This document shows, piece by piece, positions 24,137-32,000 of a stretch of DNA of 32,000 nucleotides. The notes beneath the pieces were generated by a model, which was given only the letters and a program-made list of their open reading frames with translations, did not search any database and was not told the DNA's origin. Position numbers and translations under genes: made by a program. Numbering within the stretch: the stretch's first letter is position 1; every line of letters starts with the position of its first letter. The DNA comes from Planctomycetaceae bacterium (GTDB taxonomy: Bacteria; Planctomycetota; Planctomycetia; Pirellulales; Pirellulaceae), in NCBI GenBank assembly GCA_005778405.1, contig SXOA01000175.1, positions 37,042-69,041 of the forward strand. The letters are read 5' to 3'.

Positions 24137-25336
24137 TCACCCCATACATTCAGCCAGCTTATCCACTACTAACTTTCCCACGTTCAGCGACGAAGTGGCG
24201 GCTGGGCTGGGGGCGTTGAGGACGTTGACGACGCGGTGCTGTGCGTCGATGAGGAAGTCGTCGATCAGGTTGCCGGCGGGAGCAATCGCCTGGGCGCGGA
24301 CGCCGGCGCGGTGAGGGATGAGATCGTCGCTTTGAATGAGCGGCATCAAGCGAGATAGGGCGCGGACAAAAGCCTTCTTGCTGAGCGAACGCCACATCTC
24401 ACCGGCTCCCATCCGCCAATGCCGGGCGGCCAGTTTCAGGAAACCTCCGTAGGTGAGCGTTTCGGCGAGGTCGCGGAAGTTGATATCGGTCTTTTTGTAC
24501 CCTTCACGGGCCAGGGCCAGCACCGCGTTGGGGCCGCACTCAACGCCTCCATCAATCATGCGGGTGAAGTGGACGCCGAGGAATGGAAAGCTGGGGTCGG
24601 GGACGGGGTAGATGAGATTGCGGCAGAGATACTGGGACTCGGGGCGAAGCTCGAAATATTCGCCGCGGAAGGGAATCACCTTTTCCGGCGTGGTGCGTCC
24701 CGTCAGCTTGGCGACGCGATCGGCAAACAAGCCGGTGCAGTTCACGACATAGTCGGCGGTGAAATCGCCGGCCGTGGTCTGAACGGAGATCAGCCGCTCT
24801 TCGTGCCGGATGCCGATGACGCGAGCACAGGTTTGAACATCGCCGTCGTGCTGCCTGACCAACTCCGCCATTTTGCGGCAGACGGCGCGATAGTTCACGA
24901 TGCCGGCTTCGGGGACGTGAATGGCTTTGATCCCCGCTGCGTACGGCTCCAATTCCTTGAGCTGCTCTCGCGAGATGATCTCGCAGCGAACTCCGTTCTG
25001 CTGGCCGCGGTCCAAGATCCGCTGGAGTGCTGGCAATTCCTTCTCGTCCACAGCGACGATGACTTTGCCGCAGATGTCGTGCGGCACGCCATGTTCCAGG
25101 CAGAATCGCTCCATCGCCTGCTTGCCGACGCGGCAGTTGGCGGCCTTGAGGGAGCCGGGCTTGTAGTAGATGCCGGAATGGAGGACGCCGGAGTTGTGTC
25201 CGGTCTGATGCGAGCCGACGCCCGGCTCTTTCTCGATGACCCGTATCGAAAGATCCGGATACCGCTGGGTCAGATTGTAGGCCGTCGCCAGGCCTACGAT
25301 TCCGCCCCCGAGAATGGCCACGTGCGAATGAGACAT
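24137..25336 (-). CDS. lhgO: L-2-hydroxyglutarate oxidase/dehydrogenase (FAD-dependent)
   Basis: 399 aa. ILGGGIVGLA, HQTGHNSGVLHSGIYYKPGSLKA, PFRGEYF, PFLGVHFTRMIDG, AGVRAQA and NAPSPAATSS are collinear with E. coli LhgO/YgaF as I recall it. Confidence 0.9.
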   Translation of the reverse strand: MSHSHVAILGGGIVGLATAYNLTQRYPDLSIRVIEKEPGVGSHQTGHNSGVLHSGIYYKPGSLKAANCRVGKQAMERFCLEHGVPHDICGKVIVAVDEKELPALQRILDRGQQNGVRCEIISREQLKELEPYAAGIKAIHVPEAGIVNYRAVCRKMAELVRQHDGDVQTCARVIGIRHEERLISVQTTAGDFTADYVVNCTGLFADRVAKLTGRTTPEKVIPFRGEYFELRPESQYLCRNLIYPVPDPSFPFLGVHFTRMIDGGVECGPNAVLALAREGYKKTDINFRDLAETLTYGGFLKLAARHWRMGAGEMWRSLSKKAFVRALSRLMPLIQSDDLIPHRAGVRAQAIAPAGNLIDDFLIDAQHRVVNVLNAPSPAATSSLNVGKLVVDKLAECMG

Positions 25337-25432
25337 GCGGCAGTTTTAGCGGGTGGGAAAGTGATTGGGGAGGGGCAATCGGTCGCGTATACTTAAGTCG
25401 TCAGCCCCACCCCATGAATCCAGAGGAATTCG

Positions 25433-26776
25433 ATGAAGAGATCATCCTTTTGGTGCCTCACCGCATTACTCCTGATGGCATCTCCGCTGGTCACCCTGGC
25501 CGACGACCCGCCCAAGCTCGCCAAGACCCCCGATCAGCTCAAGGCTGATAAGGATTATGAGCTATTGAAGCTGTTCGCCGACGCACTCGACCAGGTGGAG
25601 CGGAACTACGTCAAGGAAGTTGATCGCAAGGAACTGATGGAAGGGGCGATCAAAGGCATGCTCTCCAAGCTCGATCCGCACAGCAACTATATCGCGCCGT
25701 CGGATTTGGAAAAATTCAAGAGCAGCGTGGAGAACGAGTTTGGCGGGATTGGCATCAGCGTCTCCGTGGAAACCGGCGAGCTCGTGGTGACCACGCCGCT
25801 GTACGGCACTCCCGCATACCGGGCCGGCATCCGCGGTGGGGACAGAATCACCGAGATCGACGGTCAGCCGACCAAGGGAATCACGATGGACGAGGCGATC
25901 AAGCGGATCAAGGGAAAGCTGGGAACCTCGGTCAAGCTGAACATCCTCCACCTGGCGGACGGCTCCACGGACCTTAGAGAAGTGACCCGCGAGCTGGTTC
26001 GCGTGGATTCGGTCATTGGCGATCATCGCAAGTCGGACGATACCTGGAGTTTTCTAATCGACGAGCCTAAGAAGATCGGCTACATCCGGATTACGACTTT
26101 TTCGCGGCATACATCGGACGAAATCCGTAGCGCGCTGCAGCAACTGTCGGTGAGTGGAGTGAAAGGGCTGATATTGGACCTGCGGTGGAATCCCGGTGGC
26201 CTGCTCACCTCGGCGATTGAAATCTCCGACTTCTTTGTCGCCGACGGCCGCATTGTCAGCACGGCTGGCCGCAATGCGCCGGAGCGGACCTGGGAGGCAA
26301 AGAAGGAAGGGACGTTTGAGGGGTTCCCAATTGCGGTGCTCGTGAATCATTCCAGCGCCAGCGCTAGCGAGATCTTGTCGGCCTGCCTGCAGGATCACAA
26401 GAAGGCGGTGGTCATCGGCGAGCGGACCTGGGGAAAGGGAAGCGTTCAAAACATTATCGAGCTGGACGACGGCAAGAGCGCCATGAAGCTGACGACGGCC
26501 GGCTACAAGCGGCCGAGTGGCCAGAACATCCATCGCGAGGAAGGTGCCAAGGAGACCGATGAGTGGGGTGTGAAGCCCAACGACGGGTTTGAAGTGAAGC
26601 TCACCGACGCGGAAGTCGAGGAATATTTTGCCGACCGCAAAGCACGGGACGTGATTGCCGCCAAACCGAAGGAGCCGGGCCCCGAAGCCGCCAGGAAGTT
26701 TGACAAGCAGGTGCAGAAGGCGCTGGATTATCTAGGGACGGAGTTGGCGAAGAATGAGCCCGAGGACGCCAAGTAG
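25433..26776 (+). CDS. S41 family C-terminal processing peptidase (Ctp/Prc-like) with a PDZ domain
   Basis: 447 aa with a signal peptide. FGGIGISV...GTPAYRAGIRGGDRITEIDG is the PDZ region. Catalytic region: LDLRWNPGGLL, SASASEI, TWGKGSVQ. AGAGGA lies upstream of the ATG. Confidence 0.92.
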   Translation: MKRSSFWCLTALLLMASPLVTLADDPPKLAKTPDQLKADKDYELLKLFADALDQVERNYVKEVDRKELMEGAIKGMLSKLDPHSNYIAPSDLEKFKSSVENEFGGIGISVSVETGELVVTTPLYGTPAYRAGIRGGDRITEIDGQPTKGITMDEAIKRIKGKLGTSVKLNILHLADGSTDLREVTRELVRVDSVIGDHRKSDDTWSFLIDEPKKIGYIRITTFSRHTSDEIRSALQQLSVSGVKGLILDLRWNPGGLLTSAIEISDFFVADGRIVSTAGRNAPERTWEAKKEGTFEGFPIAVLVNHSSASASEILSACLQDHKKAVVIGERTWGKGSVQNIIELDDGKSAMKLTTAGYKRPSGQNIHREEGAKETDEWGVKPNDGFEVKLTDAEVEEYFADRKARDVIAAKPKEPGPEAARKFDKQVQKALDYLGTELAKNEPEDAK

Positions 26777-26788
26777 GCGAAGATTTTG

Positions 26789-26855
26789 GCCACGGATGGA
26801 CCACGGATTTTCACGGATTCAGGCAGCATCTTCTCATCCGTGTTCATTCCGTGGC
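26789..26855. repeat. inverted array of ATCCGTG/CACGGAT heptamer units forming an imperfect 20-bp hairpin between the convergent ctp-like and SulP genes
   Basis: Left arm GCCACGGATGGACCACGGAT (26789-26808), with a third CACGGAT at 26812-26818. Right arm ATCCGTGTTCATTCCGTGGC (26836-26855). The arms pair at 17 of 20 positions. The right arm overlaps the SulP stop codon (26844-26846). Confidence 0.8.
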
Positions 26856-28544
26856 TCCCGTTCTGTTTCCCGCCAGGCCCCGTTGCAGTTTTTGTGTGTT
26901 GCCGGGATTGAATTTCGCGTGCAGCGATTCCCAGTCGATCACGAGCTTGCCCCCCAAAGTCTCATGCTGCTTGGCCCAATTGAGCAGCAGGTCCAGGCAG
27001 GCGTGGTCGATGTAATCCAGATGTTCAAACCGGACGTGCAACTCCGCGCCGGCTGGAATTCGCTCCAAATCGGCGGCCAGCTTCGGCAGCCGCAGGAAAG
27101 TGGCTGCTCCCTGGATATCCAGGGTGACTTTGCTCGTGCCCGCAGTGGTCTGCATGAACGTCTGCAAATGCGAGAAGGTATAGAGCAGCTTGAGTGCGGC
27201 CAGGACGATTCCCACGATGACACCGGTCAGCAGATCCTCGACCACGATGACCGTTAGGGTCACCAAGTAGATCGCCAGCTCGCTCCATCCGTATTTCCAA
27301 AGCTCTTTCATGGCCTTGATATTCACCAGCTTGAAACCGGTATAAACCAGAATGGCCCCGAGGCACGCTTTGGGGACAAAAGCGAGCACCTGGGGCAGGG
27401 CGACCACGAACAGCAGCATCCAAGCGCCGTGCAGAATGGCCGAAAGCCGCGTCTTGGCTCCTGCTTGCACATTGGCGGAACTGCGGACAATGACCCCGGT
27501 CATGGGGAGCGCGCCCAAGCATCCGCAGACGATATTCCCCATCCCTTGCGCGGCCAGTTCGCGGTCATAGTTCGCCCGTTGCCCGCTGTGCATCTTGTCG
27601 AGGGCAGTCGCACAGAGCAATGTCTCGGCACTCGCTACGGCAGCCAGGACTGCTCCCGAAATCCAAATGTCGCGAGTTTGCAGTAATTGCCAGGAAACGG
27701 GGGACGGCCAACTGACCTGGTCCAGCAAGTTAGTCGGAACCTGAATCTTCAGCACGACATAGCCGATGACGGCGGCGAAAATGCTGGCCACAATCACAGC
27801 CACCAGCGGTGCAGGAATGATCTTGACTTTTGCCGGGGCGAATTTTTTCCAGAGCAGCAACGAGGTGATCGTTAGGATGCCAATCACGGCAGCGTGAAAG
27901 TGAGAATTATCGGGAGCGCGTGGATCGCACTTCATGATCGACGAGGGAATATTCAAAATGTTGTCCAGCCCCTTGCCGCCAGGAGACGAATCCAGCATGA
28001 CGTGAAACTGGCTGGCGAAGATGAGCACACCGATGCCGGCGAGCAGGCCATAGATCACGGCCGGAGAGACCGCCCGAAACCATTGCCCCAGCTTCAGCAA
28101 ACCGGCGATGAGTTGCAGGCCGCCGCAAATGAGCACGGACATTCCCAGAGCCAGCATGGCGTGTTCCAAAGCCTGGCCTTCCAGGGCTTTGCGAGCCGCC
28201 GCATCGAGCCTTTCCAGCCCGCCCTGCGCGGCAATGTAGGCCAGCCGCTGGCCATCCACGAGTTGGAAGACAATAACAAACAGCCCCGCTGCCGGGCCGC
28301 TGGCTTGCAGCGGCGAGCCGGCCAGAAAACCAACGACAAGGCCTCCCACGATCCCCGTGATCAGCCCCCGCGCCGGGTCAACTCCCGAGGCAATCGCCAC
28401 GCCCATGCAAAGCGGCAGCGCGACCAGGAAGACCACGATGGAGGAGAGGAAGTCCTGCTTGAGATGCGAAAACATGCCCCCGCCAACGCCAGGCAAAGTG
28501 TCCAAGTTCTGGTAAAAAGGCTGCTCTTCTGCCATCGATTGCAT
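26844..28544 (-). CDS. SulP family inorganic anion transporter with a C-terminal STAS domain
   Basis: 566 aa. DFLSSIVVFLVALPLCMGVAIASGV...GLITGIVGGLVVGFLAGSPLQASGPAAGL is a typical SulP core. STAS-like tail: VTLDIQGAATFLRLPKLAADL...HVRFEHLDYIDHACLDLL. The start could instead be the ATG at 28535. Confidence 0.9.
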   Translation of the reverse strand: MQSMAEEQPFYQNLDTLPGVGGGMFSHLKQDFLSSIVVFLVALPLCMGVAIASGVDPARGLITGIVGGLVVGFLAGSPLQASGPAAGLFVIVFQLVDGQRLAYIAAQGGLERLDAAARKALEGQALEHAMLALGMSVLICGGLQLIAGLLKLGQWFRAVSPAVIYGLLAGIGVLIFASQFHVMLDSSPGGKGLDNILNIPSSIMKCDPRAPDNSHFHAAVIGILTITSLLLWKKFAPAKVKIIPAPLVAVIVASIFAAVIGYVVLKIQVPTNLLDQVSWPSPVSWQLLQTRDIWISGAVLAAVASAETLLCATALDKMHSGQRANYDRELAAQGMGNIVCGCLGALPMTGVIVRSSANVQAGAKTRLSAILHGAWMLLFVVALPQVLAFVPKACLGAILVYTGFKLVNIKAMKELWKYGWSELAIYLVTLTVIVVEDLLTGVIVGIVLAALKLLYTFSHLQTFMQTTAGTSKVTLDIQGAATFLRLPKLAADLERIPAGAELHVRFEHLDYIDHACLDLLLNWAKQHETLGGKLVIDWESLHAKFNPGNTQKLQRGLAGNRTGATE

Positions 28545-28681
28545 ACCTCGGGATTCGCATCGTCTTCAGGGCGTCTGGGATGATGCATGGGTTGCCGGCG
28601 AGTCCATTCCAGGCCCGACTACCTAACATCGTAGAATCACCCCACGGGAGCAAGCGAGCCCCAGATTACAACTCGTTAAGG

Positions 28682-28703
28682 GAGGCCGCGAGATAACGGC
28701 CTC
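28682..28703 (-). terminator. 7-bp hairpin GAGGCCG-N8-CGGCCTC downstream of the metallohydrolase-like gene
   Basis: Read directly. It lies about 35 nt after the stop codon on the minus strand. There is no U-tract, so function is uncertain. Confidence 0.25.
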
Positions 28704-28736
28704 GTTAGGGTGGTGTCACGGCGGAACCGCCCGCGA

Positions 28737-31163
28737 CTATTTCGTGTCGTCAAAAGACTCCATCTGAATCTTAGAATACGCAGCCGTTGCCGCATCGTAG
28801 GCGGCTTTGGCGGCTTCCTTTTCGTTCACACGAGTTGCCTTGACCTTTTCTTTCCAGCAGGTTTCGACGGCATCGACGCACCATTGGGCGGACTTCTTAC
28901 TGGCGCGGATCGGCTTGCCCCCGACTTCCACAAAGACCGGATTGGTGTGGCAGGCGGGGAAGATGCGGAGCGCGACCCAACTGGAAATAGCCGGCTTGTA
29001 GTCGAAGGTGAGTTCCTGCACGTTCCCATTCGCTTCAAGGTCCTTCTTTGCCACAGCGATCCCGTTGACGACGAGTTCCACCGGCACCCTACGACTATCG
29101 CCGATGCGAGCCCGCTCCACGTGCCAGTAAGGCTTGTGATCCAATCGCTGATTGCGGATGAACTTCGACTGGGGATCGTTCGGATCTTCAGTCAACAGAG
29201 CGGCCGCATTGACCTTCACGCTGAGCTTTTCACCGGACTTGATGCCAAGCATGCTGACGCGGCCGTCCTTGGCTTTCTCACCGACCCCGAGGCCGTTGAC
29301 CGAGAAGTCCGCCAGATGCGACAGGCCGTCACAGCAATAGCTGCGGCCGTCCTTCACCCCGAGAATCCAGTCGTCAAAGTTGAGTTGCTGTTTCTGCTGT
29401 TTGGGGTCGAGCTTGACGTAGATGCGGCCGAGGCCGACGCGATCGCCATAAATGCATGGGAAATCGGTCTCACCGCTGATGCGGCACTGGTAGCCGCAAT
29501 TGAGCGTGTGATACCAGGCGTTGAGTTCCCAGACGCTTGGCGTATCGACGGAGGAAATGAAATCGCACACGTCGTGAACGACATCGACCACATATTCATT
29601 CGCCCCAATGCCGTTGAAAGGGGGCATGGCATAGTCTGGCAATTTGTCGGCTGCACGTCCCTTGCCAATCTCCACACGCTCGCCGCCCGGCCCATAGTCG
29701 GGCAGATTCAACCCCCAGCCGCTGTGCGAGAAGCCGACAACGCCCCCTTGTTCCTTGCCCCATTTGAGAATGGGCAGATCCCAGGTCGGCCATTCGCCGA
29801 TGACCGAAGTCTTCGTTCCCTTGAAGTGTCCGTTCAAGCCGTTAAAGGACCAATCAAACTCTGCTTCCTTGGGGTACTCGTAATCGTCTTCCTTCAGCCG
29901 GAGCAGGCAGAGATGGCCGGCGTGCTGACTGGGAAAGCCGGAGACTTCCACGTCATACCGCATGACATAGTCTTTCGTGGAGAGCTTGTGGACCTTCCCT
30001 TCGAAGAACTCCTTCTGGTGATACCAGCATGGTCCCCACGACAGAACGCAGCCGATGTTGAGATCCTCGCCCAGGATGTGCAGCATCATGTCCTGCGGCG
30101 TGACCCCTTCGGTCGGCGCTTCGTAGTGGGCGCATCCGGCGGCATGAACGTGATGGTCGCCGCTAAACCAGCCGCTGTCGGCCAGTTTGATCCAGCGTTT
30201 GAGACGGAAGGACTCGGCGTGTTCCTTGTCCTCGGGAACGGTGATGCTTTTCTTAGCAATGACATATTCCGGGCCGCGCGTGTACGTCACCTCGTACGGT
30301 CCCGGCGGCAGGAGGACGTATTCGCCGCTGTGGCGATAAATCTGGTCGTGAAAAAAGAGATCGGGAGCCAATCGACGCGAGCGGGCGGGATAAACTCGGC
30401 CTTGGGTGTCTCGAATGACAAACTGCCCCGTCGTCGGCGTGCCGTCGTCGTCGAGCACCGTCAGCTTCACCCGCACGGCCGGGGCACACTCGAACAGCAC
30501 GTTGATTTCATTGCGAAATCCCAAATCCTGCGTTCCCTGCCCCACGTCAAAACCAATCTTCGCCTCGCGTTTGCCAGCATCGCGGCTGTAAAGCTGCAAA
30601 ATGCGATATTCGAGCAGCAGTCCGGACAGGGTCGGATTGAGCGGCTGGGCGTCGAAGGTCTGCAGATCGAGCCAGCGATCCGGCACGTCCGTCAGCTTGA
30701 CCGACGGTTTGGGAGAAGGACTGCTGGTCGAACGCTGATAGAGGGGAGCCGCATTGGGACTGCCGGCCCGAAGTTTCGCCGTCACGCCCCCTTCGTTGTG
30801 GACCTTGACGAGAAACACTCGCCAGCCTTGCTGCACGAGCTCTCCAGCCGCCGCACCGCGGGCAACTTTCACGCGGCTTTCCGGATTGATGTTCACGCCG
30901 GCCAGGCAGCGGGCGTCGAGAACCTTCTGAATCGCCACGACCGACTCGGTTTCATCCTTCAGGTTGAGCGCTTCCTCGAGTGCCACCTTCTCAGCCTTCT
31001 TCAGCGGCTCGCCGACGATTTCGAGCGCGTCGGCAATCCGCTTGGCCGAGGCTTGGAACGGCTGGGCCTCGACATTTTTGATGACGGGCAAGGCGTCGGC
31101 ACACAGGCTCACATTCGCGGCTACCAGCAGTGACAAGACGGCGAAAGGGCGGAAGCGATACAT
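28737..31163 (-). CDS. secreted PHP-like (CehA/McbA-family-like) metallohydrolase with a large N-terminal region of unknown function
   Basis: I use the internal ATG (complement of 31161-31163): MYRFRPFAVLSLLVAANVSLCADA, a signal peptide. Motifs WFSGDHHVHAAGCAHYE, GFSHSGWG and SGETDFP resemble the metal-binding motifs of PHP/CehA-type hydrolases. The family call comes from memory only. Confidence 0.55.
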   Translation of the reverse strand: MYRFRPFAVLSLLVAANVSLCADALPVIKNVEAQPFQASAKRIADALEIVGEPLKKAEKVALEEALNLKDETESVVAIQKVLDARCLAGVNINPESRVKVARGAAAGELVQQGWRVFLVKVHNEGGVTAKLRAGSPNAAPLYQRSTSSPSPKPSVKLTDVPDRWLDLQTFDAQPLNPTLSGLLLEYRILQLYSRDAGKREAKIGFDVGQGTQDLGFRNEINVLFECAPAVRVKLTVLDDDGTPTTGQFVIRDTQGRVYPARSRRLAPDLFFHDQIYRHSGEYVLLPPGPYEVTYTRGPEYVIAKKSITVPEDKEHAESFRLKRWIKLADSGWFSGDHHVHAAGCAHYEAPTEGVTPQDMMLHILGEDLNIGCVLSWGPCWYHQKEFFEGKVHKLSTKDYVMRYDVEVSGFPSQHAGHLCLLRLKEDDYEYPKEAEFDWSFNGLNGHFKGTKTSVIGEWPTWDLPILKWGKEQGGVVGFSHSGWGLNLPDYGPGGERVEIGKGRAADKLPDYAMPPFNGIGANEYVVDVVHDVCDFISSVDTPSVWELNAWYHTLNCGYQCRISGETDFPCIYGDRVGLGRIYVKLDPKQQKQQLNFDDWILGVKDGRSYCCDGLSHLADFSVNGLGVGEKAKDGRVSMLGIKSGEKLSVKVNAAALLTEDPNDPQSKFIRNQRLDHKPYWHVERARIGDSRRVPVELVVNGIAVAKKDLEANGNVQELTFDYKPAISSWVALRIFPACHTNPVFVEVGGKPIRASKKSAQWCVDAVETCWKEKVKATRVNEKEAAKAAYDAATAAYSKIQMESFDDTK

Positions 31164-31319
31164 GGCGGGGCTCCGAGAGAAACGCTGAGAGAGGGCAACC
31201 AAATCAGCCGTTAGCGTACAACAGCGGCAACAAGATTGCGACAAGAGGGAGAGGGGATAGAATGAGTAGGTGCAGAATGCTTCCCACCAAGATGCCTGAC
31301 ACCCACCCAGCAGCCCTCC

Positions 31320-32000
31320 ATGCCTTTCACCATCCGTGTTCATTCCGTGTTCCATCCGTGGCTCCTCACCGTCCTGGCCGTGGCAGTTTCATCGTTGGCC
31401 CGTGGCGAAGAGGCGAAGCCCGATCCCAAGATGGAGTTTGACCCGGCTCACGCCGAGAAAATGAAAGAAGGACTCGAACTCTTCAAAGGCCAGGTCCGCC
31501 AGATTCTCGTCAAGAGCTGCGTGGAATGTCACGGCGGAGCAGAGGTGGAATCGGGGCTGGACTTGGCGACACGGAAAGCTCTGCTGCGCGGCGGTTCGAA
31601 GGGGCCGGCGGTCGTGGCCGGCAAGTCCCGCGATAGCAACATGTGGCGGTTCATCGCCCACAAAGAAGATCCCAAAATGCCCGACGGAGCGGATAAGCTC
31701 CCAGAGGACCAAATCGCGGCGGTCGCCAAGTGGATTGACCTGGGTGCTCCCTTCGATGCGCCGCTCGTTCCCAACCCGCGAGATCCCGACCGCTGGACCG
31801 CGACCGTCATCAAGGACGACGCCCGTAACTTCTGGTCGTTTCAGCCGCTCGTCCGCCGCAATCCGCCAGCCGTGAAGAACGCCGCCTGGGTACGCAGTCC
31901 GATGGATGCCTTTGTGCTGGCGAAGCTCGAAGAGAAGGGGCTAACGCCAAATGGCCCCGCGGAAAAACGGCTCCTCATCCGCCGGGCTTACTTCGATCTG
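31320..32000 (+). CDS. PSCyt1 (planctomycete cytochrome c) + DUF1549 (PSCyt2) protein, N-terminal part; continues past the window end
   Basis: Not in the ORF track because it is open-ended. My translation: MPFTIRVHSVFHPWLLTVLAVAVSSLARGEEAK...ILVKSCVECHGGAEVESGLDLATRKALLRGGSKGPAVVAGKSRDSNMWRFI...DDARNFWSFQPLVRRNPPAVKNAAWVRSPMDAFVLAKLEEKGLTPNGPAEKRLLIRRAYFDL. The CxxCH motif and the FWSFQP...DAF...RRxYxDL pattern are hallmarks. The start is uncertain (ATG 31320, GTG 31347 or ATG 31431) because the repeat element overlaps the 5' end. Confidence 0.85.
   Translation, partial: MPFTIRVHSVFHPWLLTVLAVAVSSLARGEEAKPDPKMEFDPAHAEKMKEGLELFKGQVRQILVKSCVECHGGAEVESGLDLATRKALLRGGSKGPAVVAGKSRDSNMWRFIAHKEDPKMPDGADKLPEDQIAAVAKWIDLGAPFDAPLVPNPRDPDRWTATVIKDDARNFWSFQPLVRRNPPAVKNAAWVRSPMDAFVLAKLEEKGLTPNGPAEKRLLIRRAYFDL
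31331..31366. repeat. second copy of the ATCCGTG-heptamer element (three units)
   Basis: CATCCGTGTTCATTCCGTG (31331-31349) is identical to 26835-26853. An extra unit, TTCCATCCGTG, then the same GCTCC tail follow. Confidence 0.8.

Noticed and set aside
28710-31133. 807-aa ORF on the + strand
   Set aside because: It is exactly antisense to the metallohydrolase-like gene. The sequence is Arg/Ala/Gly/Leu-rich and I recognise no motifs. This is a typical shadow ORF of a high-GC gene, whereas the minus-strand product has a signal peptide and recognisable metal-binding motifs.
28737-31355. 872-aa reading of the metallohydrolase-like ORF
   Set aside because: The extra 64 residues (MEHGMNTDGERHGG...) are translated from the ATCCGTG repeat element and the divergent promoter region. 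The ATG at 31163 gives a canonical signal peptide.
1-32000. Search for tRNA, rRNA, CRISPR arrays, transposases, integrases, phage genes and toxin-antitoxin pairs
   Set aside because: I saw no T-loop or acceptor-like tRNA patterns in the intergenic regions and no array of regularly spaced repeats of 25 nt or more. No ORF has transposase or integrase motifs. The window looks like core chromosome rather than a mobile island.

Overview
The window is a high-GC, gene-dense chromosomal segment that looks like Planctomycetota, probably Pirellulales-like. This is inferred from family content: a DUF1592/DUF1552 pair, a PSCyt1+DUF1549 protein, a TIGR02999-type ECF sigma next to a giant Ser/Thr kinase, and DUF1080 and FGE-sulfatase modules. 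I support 21 protein-coding genes, two of them open at the window edges. I found no rRNA, tRNA, CRISPR array, transposase or integrase.

Most genes are housekeeping: a CCA-adding-like nucleotidyltransferase, rhodanese, ndk, birA, proB, gltX, lhgO, an S41 protease and a SulP transporter.

Three parts deserve attention:
- A stand-alone RyR-domain protein sits directly upstream of a 4-TM protein that I read as tandem SLATT/DUF4231 modules (8887-10405).
- An unknown 209-aa protein is translationally coupled to a KaiC/RecA-like ATPase and followed by a GTPase-DUF697 membrane protein (11641-14554). Both this module and the RyR module are wedged between gltX, proB and birA in an eight-gene string with spacers of 54 nt or less.
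- An ECF sigma is paired with a 2179-aa kinase whose exported region is 3x DUF1080, 3x FGE-like modules lacking the catalytic Cys pair, and an LRR domain.

Several non-coding repeat structures are visible directly in the sequence: an ATCCGTG-heptamer element at two loci, a 16-bp perfect inverted repeat in the ndk leader, a G-quadruplex-prone tract, and a 682-bp repeat-rich spacer. All family assignments come from motif recognition by eye. No HMM or database search was run.
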